From Acaryochloris marina MBIC11017 (GTDB lineage: Bacteria; Cyanobacteriota; Cyanobacteriia; Thermosynechococcales; Thermosynechococcaceae), in contig NC_009927.1 of assembly GCF_000018105.1 (NCBI RefSeq), positions 324,088 through 356,087 of the forward strand: a stretch of DNA of 32,000 nt, given 5' to 3'. The position numbers were made by a program, and so were the translations under genes. A model generated the notes under the pieces. That model worked only from the letters and a program-made list of their open reading frames with translations. It searched no databases and was not told the origin of the DNA. This document shows, piece by piece, positions 16,198-25,070 of the stretch; the stretch's first letter is position 1; every line of letters begins with the position of its first letter.

Positions 16198-17655
16198 TCA
16201 GAATCCATGTAAGCCGTGGGTTGGAAAACCAGGACAATTTGAACAAAACATTGACCTGTCAACCGATTCCCCAACCCACAGGAGAAGTTCTATGAAAATT
16301 CTAGGCATTGACTTAGGCAAATACAACACCGCCGCTTGCTTATTTAATACTCAGACTCACGACACTCTCTTTTTCACCTTTAAATCCTTTGCGCGTGAAT
16401 TCAAAGCCTTGCTCTACCAAACTCAGCCAGAGCAGGTCGTCATTGAAGCTTGCACGATTACCGGTTGGGTTTACGACCTGTGCCGAGCAGAAGGCTTTGA
16501 TACTATTGTGGCTAACCCTACTCAAGAAGCTTGGTATTGGAAGAACGTCAAACGCAAAACAGATAAAGATGATGCACTCAAATTGACCAAGTTAGCTGCA
16601 CTTGGTCAGCTTTCCCCGGTCTACGTTCCACCTGCTGAGTCTCGTCAATATCGGCAACTTGTGAAATATCGTAAACGGTTGGTCGGCCAGACTAATAAAA
16701 CTCAAAATACAATTCGTGCATTATTTAACCAACAAGGAATCTCCATACCTACAGGGTCAAGAGCTTGGACAGTTTCTGGGATTGAGCAACTCCAGCGGTA
16801 TGCCAAAACGTTGTCTGATTGCTCGCTATTGTCTTTATGGCAGGGACAAATTGATTTAGAGCTAAATCGATTAGATGCACTATGGGAACAACTACATTTA
16901 GTCGATACCAAACTTACCGAGATTGCCAAACAAGATGCCAGGGTTCAGTTGCTCGAATCAATTCCAGGGGTAGGGCGTAAAACCGCAGAAGTAGTGGTGG
17001 CTTACATTGATGATCCTAAGCGATTCAAAAACGCAAGACAGGTAGGTGCTTATGCTGGATTGGTGCCGCGTCAACATCAGTCTGGCGATATGAATCGAAT
17101 GGGCAAGATCACTCGGCGTGGCCCTCGACTTTTACGATCTGCTTTAGTCGAGGCTTCTTGGGTGATGTTACGCTACAACTCCTGGGCTGCGGACTTGTAT
17201 CAAAGACTTTGTGGTGGTCAGAAAACTAGAAGGAAGCAAGCTATTGTTGCTGTCGCTCGTAAGTTATTAGTGCTTTGTTGGACATTGCTAAGAAAGCAAG
17301 AGCCATGGGACCTTGATAAGATAAGTCCCCTAGCAGCATAGACATTTTTCCTTTTGCATAATAGGTTTACGGATTTCTATATTCCCTTGATTGGGAAATC
17401 TACCTCAGAGCTTGGAGACCTTTCCTAGTCTGATTTGCTTCAAGATTGCAATTCCGAATAAGCCTGAGTTAATTTGCATGTCACTCGTGAGACGATACGA
17501 TTTAGCCAAAATGTATCGGAAACTCGGATAGTCGGTTAAGCCCTTATCCTATACATAAAGAAGAAAAGAGTTAACAAGAAAGGAGCCAATATAGATACTT
17601 ACCTAGCCAATAAAATGGCTGGCATTTATTAGGCTGCTAAAAAGTCAAAACAATA
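16198..17655 (+). mobile_element. IS110-family insertion sequence; boundaries are approximate
   Basis: An intact transposase gene flanked by unrelated truncated genes: a membrane-protein fragment on the left and an IS6-like fragment from ~17661 on the right. No terminal IRs, as is usual for this family. A 9-bp hairpin (gtgggttgg 16216-16224 / ccaacccac 16271-16279) sits just before the GGAGA SD. About 300 nt of non-coding sequence lies 3' of the CDS. Confidence 0.55.
16292..17341 (+). CDS. IS110-family transposase (DEDD N-terminal domain plus Transposase_20 C-terminal domain)
   Basis: MKILGIDLGKYNTAACL... is the RuvC-like DEDD start. IPGVGRKTAEVVVAYIDDPKRFKNARQVGAYAGLVPRQHQSGD...GKITRRGPRLLRSALVEA is the hallmark HhH/Ser block of IS110 transposases. 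Full length at 349 aa. Confidence 0.92.
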   Translation: MKILGIDLGKYNTAACLFNTQTHDTLFFTFKSFAREFKALLYQTQPEQVVIEACTITGWVYDLCRAEGFDTIVANPTQEAWYWKNVKRKTDKDDALKLTKLAALGQLSPVYVPPAESRQYRQLVKYRKRLVGQTNKTQNTIRALFNQQGISIPTGSRAWTVSGIEQLQRYAKTLSDCSLLSLWQGQIDLELNRLDALWEQLHLVDTKLTEIAKQDARVQLLESIPGVGRKTAEVVVAYIDDPKRFKNARQVGAYAGLVPRQHQSGDMNRMGKITRRGPRLLRSALVEASWVMLRYNSWAADLYQRLCGGQKTRRKQAIVAVARKLLVLCWTLLRKQEPWDLDKISPLAA

Positions 17656-17660
17656 CCTGT

Positions 17661-18033
17661 TGACACTCCTACGGCTTCATAGTCGAGATATGGAAGGTAC
17701 CAAAGCCTTCTTTGCTCAAGCGATTGAGCTTCACAAAATGTGCCTAACAATGTGGCGACCGATGGTTTGGCATCCTATCCTCGCGCCATTGAAGAAGAGT
17801 TGGGGGAGGACGTAGAGCATGAGGTTTGTCCCCGAATAGAGAATTCAGTCGAACAGAGTCACAGACCCGTCAAACACCGGTATCATCCAACCCTAGGATT
17901 CGGAGAATTTGAAGCAGCTCATAGATTCTGCAAAGCGGTAGATGAAGTGAGTATCTTTTTGAGACCTCGCACTCGAAAAAGAGAATTCGTGCCTCTGTTT
18001 GACAAAAGAAAGAAGTTCATTAAAGGTGCTAGT
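17661..18033 (+). pseudogene. IS6-family transposase fragment: N-terminally truncated, frameshifted, and 3'-clipped by the IS1-like element
   Basis: LTLLRLHSRDMEGTKAFFAQAIELHK is in one frame. After a +1 shift near 17738 comes PNNVATDGLASYPRAIEEELGEDVEHEV...IENSVEQSHRPVKHRYHPTLGFGEFEAAHRFCKAVDEV, which fits the IS6/IS26 pattern TDKxxxYxxAI...N.(I/V)E..H..(L/V)K. The first half of the DDE domain is missing. Confidence 0.7.
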
Positions 18034-18808
18034 GGGTAGTCCGCCAGATGTAAGGATAGGTATATCCAACATCCAAAATCCAGCATCACCCATGTCAACA
18101 TTGACCTGCCCTAGCTGTCGTTCTCAAAATGTTGTCAAAATCCTTAATGGCAAGCAAAACCACAAATGTAAAACCTGTGGCCGTCAGTTTGTGGAAGCTC
18201 CTCAGTAAAAGCGAATTGATTCATCCACTAAAGGCCTGATCGATAAGCTATTGCTTGAGAAGATACCTCTGGCAGGTATTGCTAGGGTCTGCGATGTTTC
18301 TGAAAGGTGGTTACAAGAGTACGTGAACTATAAGTATGCAGCAGTGCCTCATACTGTGAACGTATCATCAAAAAAAAGGCCGATTAACGCTTCAATGCGA
18401 TGAAATGTGGTCATTTGTGAACGATAAGAGCAATAAACAGTGAATATGGCTTGCGCTTGATATCATTACTCGTGAGATAGTCGGTGTTTATGTGGGGGCA
18501 CGCTCCCAGCAAGGCGCTCGTCAGCTATGGAATTCCTTGCCAGGAGTCTATCGTCAATGTGCGGTTGCCTACACGGATTTTTGGGATGCCTACGGCTGTG
18601 TTTTTTTTCCCAAGCAGGGACATCAACCTGTGGGCAAGGAAACAGGCCAAACCTGCTACATTGAACGATTTAATTGCACCCTGCGCCAGCGAGTGTCTCG
18701 GTTAGTTCGAAAGACACTGTCGTTCTCGAAAAAGCTTGAGAATCATATTGGGGCTATCTGGATGTTTGTCCATCACTACAATGCATCCTTACAGGACTAG
18801 GACTACCC
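18034..18808 (+). mobile_element. Decayed IS1-family element (775 bp) with 24-bp imperfect terminal inverted repeats
   Basis: The left IR (gggtagtccgccagatgtaaggat, 18034-18057) matches the reverse complement of the right IR (18785-18808, gggtagtcctagtcctgtaaggat) at 18 of 24 positions, and the outer 9 and inner 9 nt are perfect. No flanking direct repeat was seen. Confidence 0.7.
18092..18800 (+). pseudogene. IS1-family transposase, inactivated by two nonsense codons and one frameshift
   Basis: Zn-finger MSTLTCPSCRSQNVVK..HKCKTCGRQF, then an in-frame TAA at 18206-18208. HTH GIARVCDVSERWL follows, then an A8 run at 18370-18377; removing one A would fuse the frames. Next comes LQCDEMWSFVNDKSNKQ, then a TGA at 18441-18443 in place of Trp, then IWLALDIITREIVGVYVG...YTDFWDAY...ETGQTCYIERFNCTLRQRVSRLVRKTLSFSKKLENHIGAIW. 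Confidence 0.75.
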
Positions 18809-18823
18809 AAAATGTTGAGGGGC

Positions 18824-19636
18824 TTAATTGAAGTTCTCCTCCATCCACTGAACCCCAAATTGGGTTAGAGACTGAGCATCCAATAGGTACGATTTTGCCC
18901 CGCCGACCTTTCCTGTCTGAGCAGGGTGGGTAGCCAAATAATCTTTGACGATAGTCTCGAAGTAGTTGTCTGGCCAGTCCACAATCCCATTAGTCGTATC
19001 AAATTCTTCAAAGTCCATCCACACCCGTTTACCATTCTGGAGTATGGGCATTCGGTAGCGATCAATCCACTTATTAGGCACATCAGCCAAATGCTCAGCA
19101 TGGTGGAGCAGGGTGACGTCACCAATAGGTGAACCCAGCAGAAGCACAGAGCCACTCACCTCACAGAGTTTTGCTAGCGGTGAACCCGGACCATCCCGAT
19201 ATTGCCAAGGCTGTTCGGCTGTGATCCATTGAGCAAGTTCACCCACCGCGACGTATGAGAACGGATGACGGCTCCTATGCGCACCTGGCCAAGTTCGGAG
19301 ATATTCGGTGAGAATTCCCATTTCTCTCCAATCGGCACGAGACCGAGACGGATCATAGGCTGGGCATTCACACAGATAGGCTTCTTGCCTGTGTTTGGGC
19401 CATCGGGACAAATCGTAGGGATTATCTTCCCAGCTTGCCATCATCATTAAAGTGCCAGCGTCTGTTAGGAGTGACAGAATAGCTGCCAGCACAACATCTG
19501 GTCCACCCACAACCCATCCAATATTCCGAACAGAGGAATGAAGCATGATCGTCTGCTTCTTACAGACTCCTAATTTCCTGAGATCTTGAATCAACTGGCT
19601 CTTAGTAATGAGCTGTTTCTTCTTCATGTGGCTCAT
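18824..19636 (-). CDS. Aminoglycoside N(3)-acetyltransferase, AAC(3) family
   Basis: Strong resemblance along the whole length to AAC(3)-II/VI-type enzymes as I remember them: IMLHSSVRNIGWVVGGPDVV, AGTLMMMASWED, YLRTWPGAHRSRHP, SPLAKL, VTLLHHAEHLA and GKVGGAKSYLLDAQSLTQFGVQWME. Confidence 0.88.
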   Translation of the reverse strand: MSHMKKKQLITKSQLIQDLRKLGVCKKQTIMLHSSVRNIGWVVGGPDVVLAAILSLLTDAGTLMMMASWEDNPYDLSRWPKHRQEAYLCECPAYDPSRSRADWREMGILTEYLRTWPGAHRSRHPFSYVAVGELAQWITAEQPWQYRDGPGSPLAKLCEVSGSVLLLGSPIGDVTLLHHAEHLADVPNKWIDRYRMPILQNGKRVWMDFEEFDTTNGIVDWPDNYFETIVKDYLATHPAQTGKVGGAKSYLLDAQSLTQFGVQWMEENFN

Positions 19637-20102
19637 GTTGAAGGTGTTGTCTGAAGCTTAAGATAATTCAATAGGAATATCTACTGCAACTCGCTCTTGT
19701 CCTTCAGCCTTGACCAGAGACAGAGCTAGATCTTAGCTGGAATGGCGCTAACTACACCCAAGCTGATCACGATGAGATCTCACCCGTAAGCTTTTACAAC
19801 AATCCCTCTCCAATCAGTGAGCCTAGTCGATAAACTGGCTGTGTGTAGAGGACTCCCCCCCATGACTTCCCCAATCATCAGCCTCAACCCCAAGTACATC
19901 CCCTAACCCCCCCAGACCAACCTAATCCCGCCCCTTTCACACCCGAACTCTCAGACAAGACGGTATTCCCAAAGAAAGCATTAGAGGGTACTGACTACCC
20001 AAGCGAGAACCAAAGTCTGTGGAGATGGGCGAAATACGCCTGAATTTATGGCGAACTCCCTGAGTGCGCGTCGAGATTGATGTCCATTAGAAAAGCGCTG
20101 CA

Positions 20103-21221
20103 TTATTTACCAAACTCTTGCTGAAGCTGGTCTCGAAATTCCGGATCATAGATGGCATCGTTATTAGCGGCTGCTTGAATTTGCTCCATCGTCAGGTTTG
20201 CAGCAGAACGCAAATCAGCCTGCCTGAGATTCGCATCCAATAAGTTGGCCTCACTGAGATTAGCTCCGATCAGATTCGCTTCTCTGAGGTTAGCTTTGGT
20301 GAAATCGGTTCCTTTAAGATTGGCCTCCACTAGAGTGGTAGCACTCAAATTAGCCTTAGTGAGATTGGCTTCGCTGAAGTTGACTTTGAGTAAGTTTGCA
20401 GCTTCCAATTCTCCTTCAAATAGATTCGCCTGACTGAAATTAGCGCTATTACAGTCTGCTTTGTTCAACTTAATAGCACTCAGATTCGCATGGTGTGCAT
20501 TCATCTTGATGAGATTAGCACCGCTCAAATTAGCAGCATTCAAATTAGCCTCAGCAAGGTTAGCTGCTTGTAAATTAGCATTTGATAGATCGGCCTGGGC
20601 CAACTCTGCACGGCTGAGGTCAGTTTTACTCAAATCAAGCTGTCCTCCTGATAGATCATTTTGCACATTTCTGCGGCTGATCACGGTGAGTGCTGCCTGG
20701 ATATCCGTAGGCATATTAGTCATGCGTTGACTGCGAAACGCTGCCTTATCCCGAATATAGGAGGTCAACACTTCCATGACTATCCAATGATCTGAAGGGG
20801 AATCCTTAGCGACTCGTTCTAGCAAGTAGATACCACCTAGACGAACTTCTAAACGCTCATCTCCTAGCATTGCCACCGCTTTACTGAATCGCTCAGTTAC
20901 CTCCTTCCCTTCGGTAATTTGGAGGTTACGACGACTCAGATAGGCAGTCGTCAAGAAAAAGAGTCCCCCTAAGGCTTGGATGAGAGTACGTCGGTGTGCG
21001 TCTTCAATAAAAGCTCGATCCCGAACTTCCATCTGCTCGTCTATCCCATTGACCTGCCACTTAGGCAATAGCCATACAACTCCCCCTAGAATTAATAAGC
21101 TCAGTCCACTCCAAATTGTGAACGGAATATCAGCAATCCAAGTATTTCTAGCTTCAAAAAGCATGAAGTTTGCTCTGGTACTGAGAATCACTTCATGCAG
21201 AATTATAGAACAGTCATACAT
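20103..21221 (-). CDS. Membrane-anchored pentapeptide-repeat protein
   Basis: Two N-terminal hydrophobic helices (IWSGLSLLILGGVVWLL and ALGGLFFLTTAYL). About 30 consecutive A(N/D)LxX pentapeptides span aa ~190-345 (nt ~20187-20654). The start could be the internal Met at ~21164. Confidence 0.85.
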   Translation of the reverse strand: MYDCSIILHEVILSTRANFMLFEARNTWIADIPFTIWSGLSLLILGGVVWLLPKWQVNGIDEQMEVRDRAFIEDAHRRTLIQALGGLFFLTTAYLSRRNLQITEGKEVTERFSKAVAMLGDERLEVRLGGIYLLERVAKDSPSDHWIVMEVLTSYIRDKAAFRSQRMTNMPTDIQAALTVISRRNVQNDLSGGQLDLSKTDLSRAELAQADLSNANLQAANLAEANLNAANLSGANLIKMNAHHANLSAIKLNKADCNSANFSQANLFEGELEAANLLKVNFSEANLTKANLSATTLVEANLKGTDFTKANLREANLIGANLSEANLLDANLRQADLRSAANLTMEQIQAAANNDAIYDPEFRDQLQQEFGK

Positions 21222-21594
21222 TACAACTATCCCACCTTTGGGTTTTATGAGTTTGATCCTGCTTGCTGACTAGAAGTTAGTAAAACTGGGTCGAATTGTC
21301 GTCAAACCCCATCTTGGCGATCAAGCTCAGATTGATTACGAGCTAGCTGATACCGGATTTGATCCGAGAGCCAAGCGGCGACGAGATATATTTGTTCCTC
21401 TCGCGCAGGAACTGATACAGCGAATTGATCTAGGCTCGATGCGGTAGTTACGGAACTTTCAGCTGGATCTGATGTCATTGAGAGTAACAGATCAGTTGTG
21501 CATCCTAGGCTTGAGTATGTATAGACAGACTGCCTGGAGTATTCACGAAACCCTGAAGATATGCCTGGACTTGGTCGCAGAGGAGTACTGGTTT

Positions 21595-21876
21595 ATGGAC
21601 AACCTTCTTCCCTTTCAAGCAATATCGCCCCATAAGATCCGTGTGTTTCACCCCAAGTCATTTGAAGATGCTCAAGAAGCAATCAACGCGATGAAAACGG
21701 ATGATATGCTTCTAGTGAATTTGGCGGCTTTGGAAAATAAGCTGGCTCAGAGGCTAACAGACTACTTAGCTGGTAGTACTTTTGCGCTGTCAGGAGAGCG
21801 AATGGAGATTGGTAGAGGCGTTTTTCTATTTGCTCCACCATCATTCCTGATCTCAAGAATGATGGCATCTGCTTGA
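21595..21876 (+). CDS. sepF: Short SepF-like (DUF552) cell-division protein, core domain only
   Basis: IRVFHPKSFEDAQEAINAMKTDDMLLVNLAALENKLAQRLTDYLAGSTFALSGERMEIGRGVFLFAPPSF matches the SepF core pattern. AGGAG at 21581-21585 lies 9 nt before ATG 21595. The track ORF starts earlier, at 21472, without an SD. Confidence 0.7.
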   Translation: MDNLLPFQAISPHKIRVFHPKSFEDAQEAINAMKTDDMLLVNLAALENKLAQRLTDYLAGSTFALSGERMEIGRGVFLFAPPSFLISRMMASA

Positions 21877-21905
21877 GATCAGGAATAATGATACTCTGAA
21901 ACGTC

Positions 21906-22799
21906 TCAAGTCTTCTTTTGATTCTTAGATGAACCAGATTCTGTTGGCCCAACATTTCTACTCGATTCAAAGACATAGCGCATCTGCTTTTTGGGTACTT
22001 TGAGCCAACGATTCTGATCAACACCTCGATACATCAAGGTTTTCATTCTTGCTCGTTCAGCTTTATGTTGCTCTGGGGTCAATTTACCAAACAATATCAA
22101 GCTCAAATCATCAGTGTGCATGACTTTCCCAGGATTTTCCTGCATAATCTTTGAGATTGCATCAATCTTGGTCATCTTGTCATAGGGTTTGTTCATCTTC
22201 AGAACAGTGGATGAAGAACGTCTTCCTTGTCTCTTAGTTTTCTTGGCCTTGTTCTGAGAAGCTATGTTCTTAGAGGTTGAGGATTTTTTGGATGAAGCTT
22301 TTTGAGCAACTTGAGGGGAAGTAGCTTCAGCTTTAGGCTTTACCTTTTGTGTCGATTTTGGTGCAGAGGCTGATTTTTTGGATGTTGGAGATTTTCTTTT
22401 CCCGGATGAGGGTGACGCCTTTTGTGCAGCTTTCTTTGGGGTAGCTGTAGCTTCAACTTCCGGTTTTACTGTCCCCTTTGTCTTTGTAGTTGAATCCGGC
22501 TTCTTAGGAGTTGCAGACTTCTTCTTTGAAGCAGCTTTTTGAGTAGTTTTCTTAGGCTTGGATTTAGGTTCTACTGTGTTGGCAACTGTTGAGCCTGGTG
22601 CTTCTGATTCTATTGAGGCTGCTTCACCTTGAAGGATTGAAAGGATATCAGAGCCTAACAATGGATCTTCAATCAACGTATCTAGAGAGGTGATTTTAGT
22701 CTTGAGTTGAATCGTTTGAGCTTCAAGTTCAGCGAGTGTCTCCTGGTAGTGAGTCTTTAGCTCAAGGAGTACTGTGGAATATTTGTTGTCAGCAGCCAT
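21906..22799 (-). CDS. Lys/Ser/Thr/Pro/Ala-rich (histone-H1-like low complexity) protein with an N-terminal coiled coil and a small globular C-terminal domain
   Basis: N-terminus is LLELKTHYQETLAELEAQTIQLKTKITSLDTLI. About 140 aa of KKxxxKKxS/T/P repeats follow. C-terminus is MNKPYDKMTKIDAISKIMQENPGKVMHTDDLSLILFGKLTPEQHKAERARMKTLMYRGV. No family recognised. Confidence 0.7.
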   Translation of the reverse strand: MAADNKYSTVLLELKTHYQETLAELEAQTIQLKTKITSLDTLIEDPLLGSDILSILQGEAASIESEAPGSTVANTVEPKSKPKKTTQKAASKKKSATPKKPDSTTKTKGTVKPEVEATATPKKAAQKASPSSGKRKSPTSKKSASAPKSTQKVKPKAEATSPQVAQKASSKKSSTSKNIASQNKAKKTKRQGRRSSSTVLKMNKPYDKMTKIDAISKIMQENPGKVMHTDDLSLILFGKLTPEQHKAERARMKTLMYRGVDQNRWLKVPKKQMRYVFESSRNVGPTESGSSKNQKKT

Positions 22800-22939
22800 A
22801 GTTTGTCGTAGATTAGTGTAGTTTTAGCAAAGGTAAGAAAGCTAACTTATAGCATTCCCAGAATTAACTTCCTTTGTATCTAATCATTAATGGGCTAATT
22901 TGGGATTTCTGGGGCGTTTAGAAATTTTTCCCGTAGTAC

Positions 22940-24877
22940 TTAACCCTTGGGTTTGGGGAACTTGGAAGGTGGCTCAAAATACTGAACAGGTGTATCTTTT
23001 AACGCCTCACTCATAAACTCTCGCCACACAGGAGCCATCCATCCTCCACCCGTTGCCCCAGACCCAATCCGGGCGTAATTGTCATTGCCAGCCCACACGG
23101 CCACTGAAAGTTGAGGCACATAGCCCACAAACCAAACATCCCGCTCGGAGGAAGTGGTACCCGTCTTTCCAGCTGCGGGGCGACCAATCTGGGCTGCTAC
23201 CCCCGTCCCTGATTGCACGACGGTTTGCAACGTACTGTTCACGGCAGCAGCAGCCCAAGGATTGAGCACCAACTTGGGTTGCGGGGTATTGTTAATCAAC
23301 ACTTTACCCGTAGGATCTGTGACTTGCAAAATGGCTGTTGTTTTGGACTGCCAGCCATTATTGGCAAAGGTGGCATAGGCTGAAGCCATCTCTACGGGTG
23401 TTAAGTCTACTGCCCCTAAGGGAAGTGAAATCACATTGGGGATCGGGCTGGTAATCCCTAATTTGCGACTGACATCTATCACATTCTTGATGCCTACTTT
23501 TTGCCCCATGACAATGGCAGGCACATTGCGCGATTGCGCGAGCGCTTGACGAATGGACATCGAGCCCTGAAAGCTGCGGTCGTAGTTTTGAGGCTTATAT
23601 CGCTGGAGCCCACCATCATTGAAGCTCACGGGAGAGTCTTTAACCATAGAGTCTGGGGTGTACTTCCCTGTTGCAAAGGCTGTGTAATACACCAAGGGTT
23701 TAAAGGCCGAGCCAGGTTGTCGATACGCTTGAGTCGCTCGATTAAATTCACTCTTTTTATTGTCCACTCCACCGACAATAGCCTTGATGAAGTGCGTTCT
23801 TGGATCAACCGCGACTAATGCCATTTGGTCTGCGGCATAGGCATAGTGTTGATGATTCCTGCGAACGGTCTCCTCAGCGATTTTCTGCATTTTCCAGTCG
23901 AGGGTCGTTTGAACTCGGAATCCCCCTCTAACCAATGCCTCTCGACCAAATCTTTCCGTTAATTCTTGAATGACGGTATTGGTAACATCAGGAGCTTGGC
24001 TCCGTTGATAGGAGGTAATTTCTCCTAGAGTGATTTTCTCAGCCCGAGCCGCTTCAGCTTCAGCGGGTGTAATCCATTTCAGCTCCTCCAAACGTCCGAG
24101 AACGATGTTCTGTTGTTCTTTGGCCAGGTCTAAATCCACAAATGGACTATACCCTTCTGGTGCTTTGATAATCCCAGCCATCATGGCGGATTCAGCTAAG
24201 GTCAGATCTTCAGCAGACTTATTGAAATAGCTCCGGGCAGCCGTTTCTACCCCATAGGTGTTATGGCCCCAATACACCTGGTTGAGGTACAACTGTAGGA
24301 TTTCATCTTTACTGAGTAATTGTTCAATTCTCAGGGCTAGCACTGCTTCTGCGAGTTTGCGGCTAAAAGCTCTTTCTGGGGTCAGATAGAGGTTTTTAGC
24401 CAGCTGCATACTCAGGGTTGAAGCCCCTTGCACCGTTTGGCCTGCCTGGTAATTGGTGATGGCTGCCCGTAGAATACCGACCGGATTAATGCCGTCATGC
24501 TGATAAAAGTTGCTATCTTCAATGGCGAGTACAGATAGTTTTAGGTGGGGCGAGATTTTAGCTAGAGGGACGACCTGGCGATTCTCTTCCTCATGCAAGC
24601 CCGTGAGTAACTTGCCGTTGATGTCATAGATATAGGTTGTTTCGTTGGGTGAAAAGCTAGCTAATGAAGTCACATCAGGCAGATCACGATAACTAATCGC
24701 TACCCCCATCAGTCCTCCTGCTAAGCCAGCACTTCCTAGGAGGGTCAGGGTCAATATGGTGGTCAAGGTAGCATCGCCTATCCCCCTTAAAAAGAGGGTG
24801 GAGGTTGATCTAGAGGAGAAGTCCTGAGGAGAAGTGGCACTAGATGACATGGGTGTATTAATGGGCAACCTTAACAC
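22940..24877 (-). CDS. mrcA: Class A penicillin-binding protein (PBP1A: GT51 transglycosylase plus transpeptidase)
   Basis: GT51 motifs are AIEDSNFYQHDGINPVGILRA, GASTLSMQLAKN and RKLAEA. Transpeptidase motifs are SAFKP (SxxK), SRN and KTGTT. An N-terminal TM anchor is present. The start is either GTG 24877 or ATG 24850. Confidence 0.92.
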   Translation of the reverse strand: MLRLPINTPMSSSATSPQDFSSRSTSTLFLRGIGDATLTTILTLTLLGSAGLAGGLMGVAISYRDLPDVTSLASFSPNETTYIYDINGKLLTGLHEEENRQVVPLAKISPHLKLSVLAIEDSNFYQHDGINPVGILRAAITNYQAGQTVQGASTLSMQLAKNLYLTPERAFSRKLAEAVLALRIEQLLSKDEILQLYLNQVYWGHNTYGVETAARSYFNKSAEDLTLAESAMMAGIIKAPEGYSPFVDLDLAKEQQNIVLGRLEELKWITPAEAEAARAEKITLGEITSYQRSQAPDVTNTVIQELTERFGREALVRGGFRVQTTLDWKMQKIAEETVRRNHQHYAYAADQMALVAVDPRTHFIKAIVGGVDNKKSEFNRATQAYRQPGSAFKPLVYYTAFATGKYTPDSMVKDSPVSFNDGGLQRYKPQNYDRSFQGSMSIRQALAQSRNVPAIVMGQKVGIKNVIDVSRKLGITSPIPNVISLPLGAVDLTPVEMASAYATFANNGWQSKTTAILQVTDPTGKVLINNTPQPKLVLNPWAAAAVNSTLQTVVQSGTGVAAQIGRPAAGKTGTTSSERDVWFVGYVPQLSVAVWAGNDNYARIGSGATGGGWMAPVWREFMSEALKDTPVQYFEPPSKFPKPKG

Positions 24878-25070
24878 ACTAAATTTAGAGTGTGAGGTTA
24901 CTGATAAAAAATGACTGAGAAGCTTGCTATACCTAAAGTCTGCCCATATTCAACAAAAGTTTTACGCTCGTTCTTAAAGAACCATCATCTCTGCAAAGTA
25001 ACTCAACAATATGGGGATTTCATGAGTTAGTTAAACAACCCAGAGTATCGATGACTATGTTAACGACCCG

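Noticed and set aside
17999-18208. Track ORF 17999-18208 as an intact small gene
   Set aside because: Its 5' part crosses the IS6-fragment/IS1 left IR junction. The real reading frame is the IS1 zinc-finger N-terminus starting at ATG 18092, terminated prematurely by TAA.
18370-18377. The A8 run in the IS1-like element as a programmed -1 frameshift site, as in IS1 InsAB'
   Set aside because: The downstream frame is reached by a +1 shift rather than a -1 shift (or by deleting one A). The element also carries two in-frame nonsense codons (18206 and 18441). Simple decay is the better explanation.
19994-20003. A 10-bp match (GACTACCCAA) to the IS1-like right IR tip, which could make the AAC(3) gene part of a composite unit
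   Set aside because: Only 10 bp match and the flanks do not align. This is too weak to call a solo IR.
20245-20730. Plus-strand track ORFs 20245-20433 and 20461-20730, rich in L/A/S/R repeats
   Set aside because: These are antisense shadows of the pentapeptide-repeat gene. The 15-nt periodic repeat keeps the opposite strand open. They have no SD and no independent motif.
24884-24903. Overlapping small palindromes (CTAAATTTAG flanked by cacact/agtgtg) just upstream of the PBP1A start
   Set aside because: They are short and AT-rich, as expected by chance in a leader region, and there is no second copy or supporting context.
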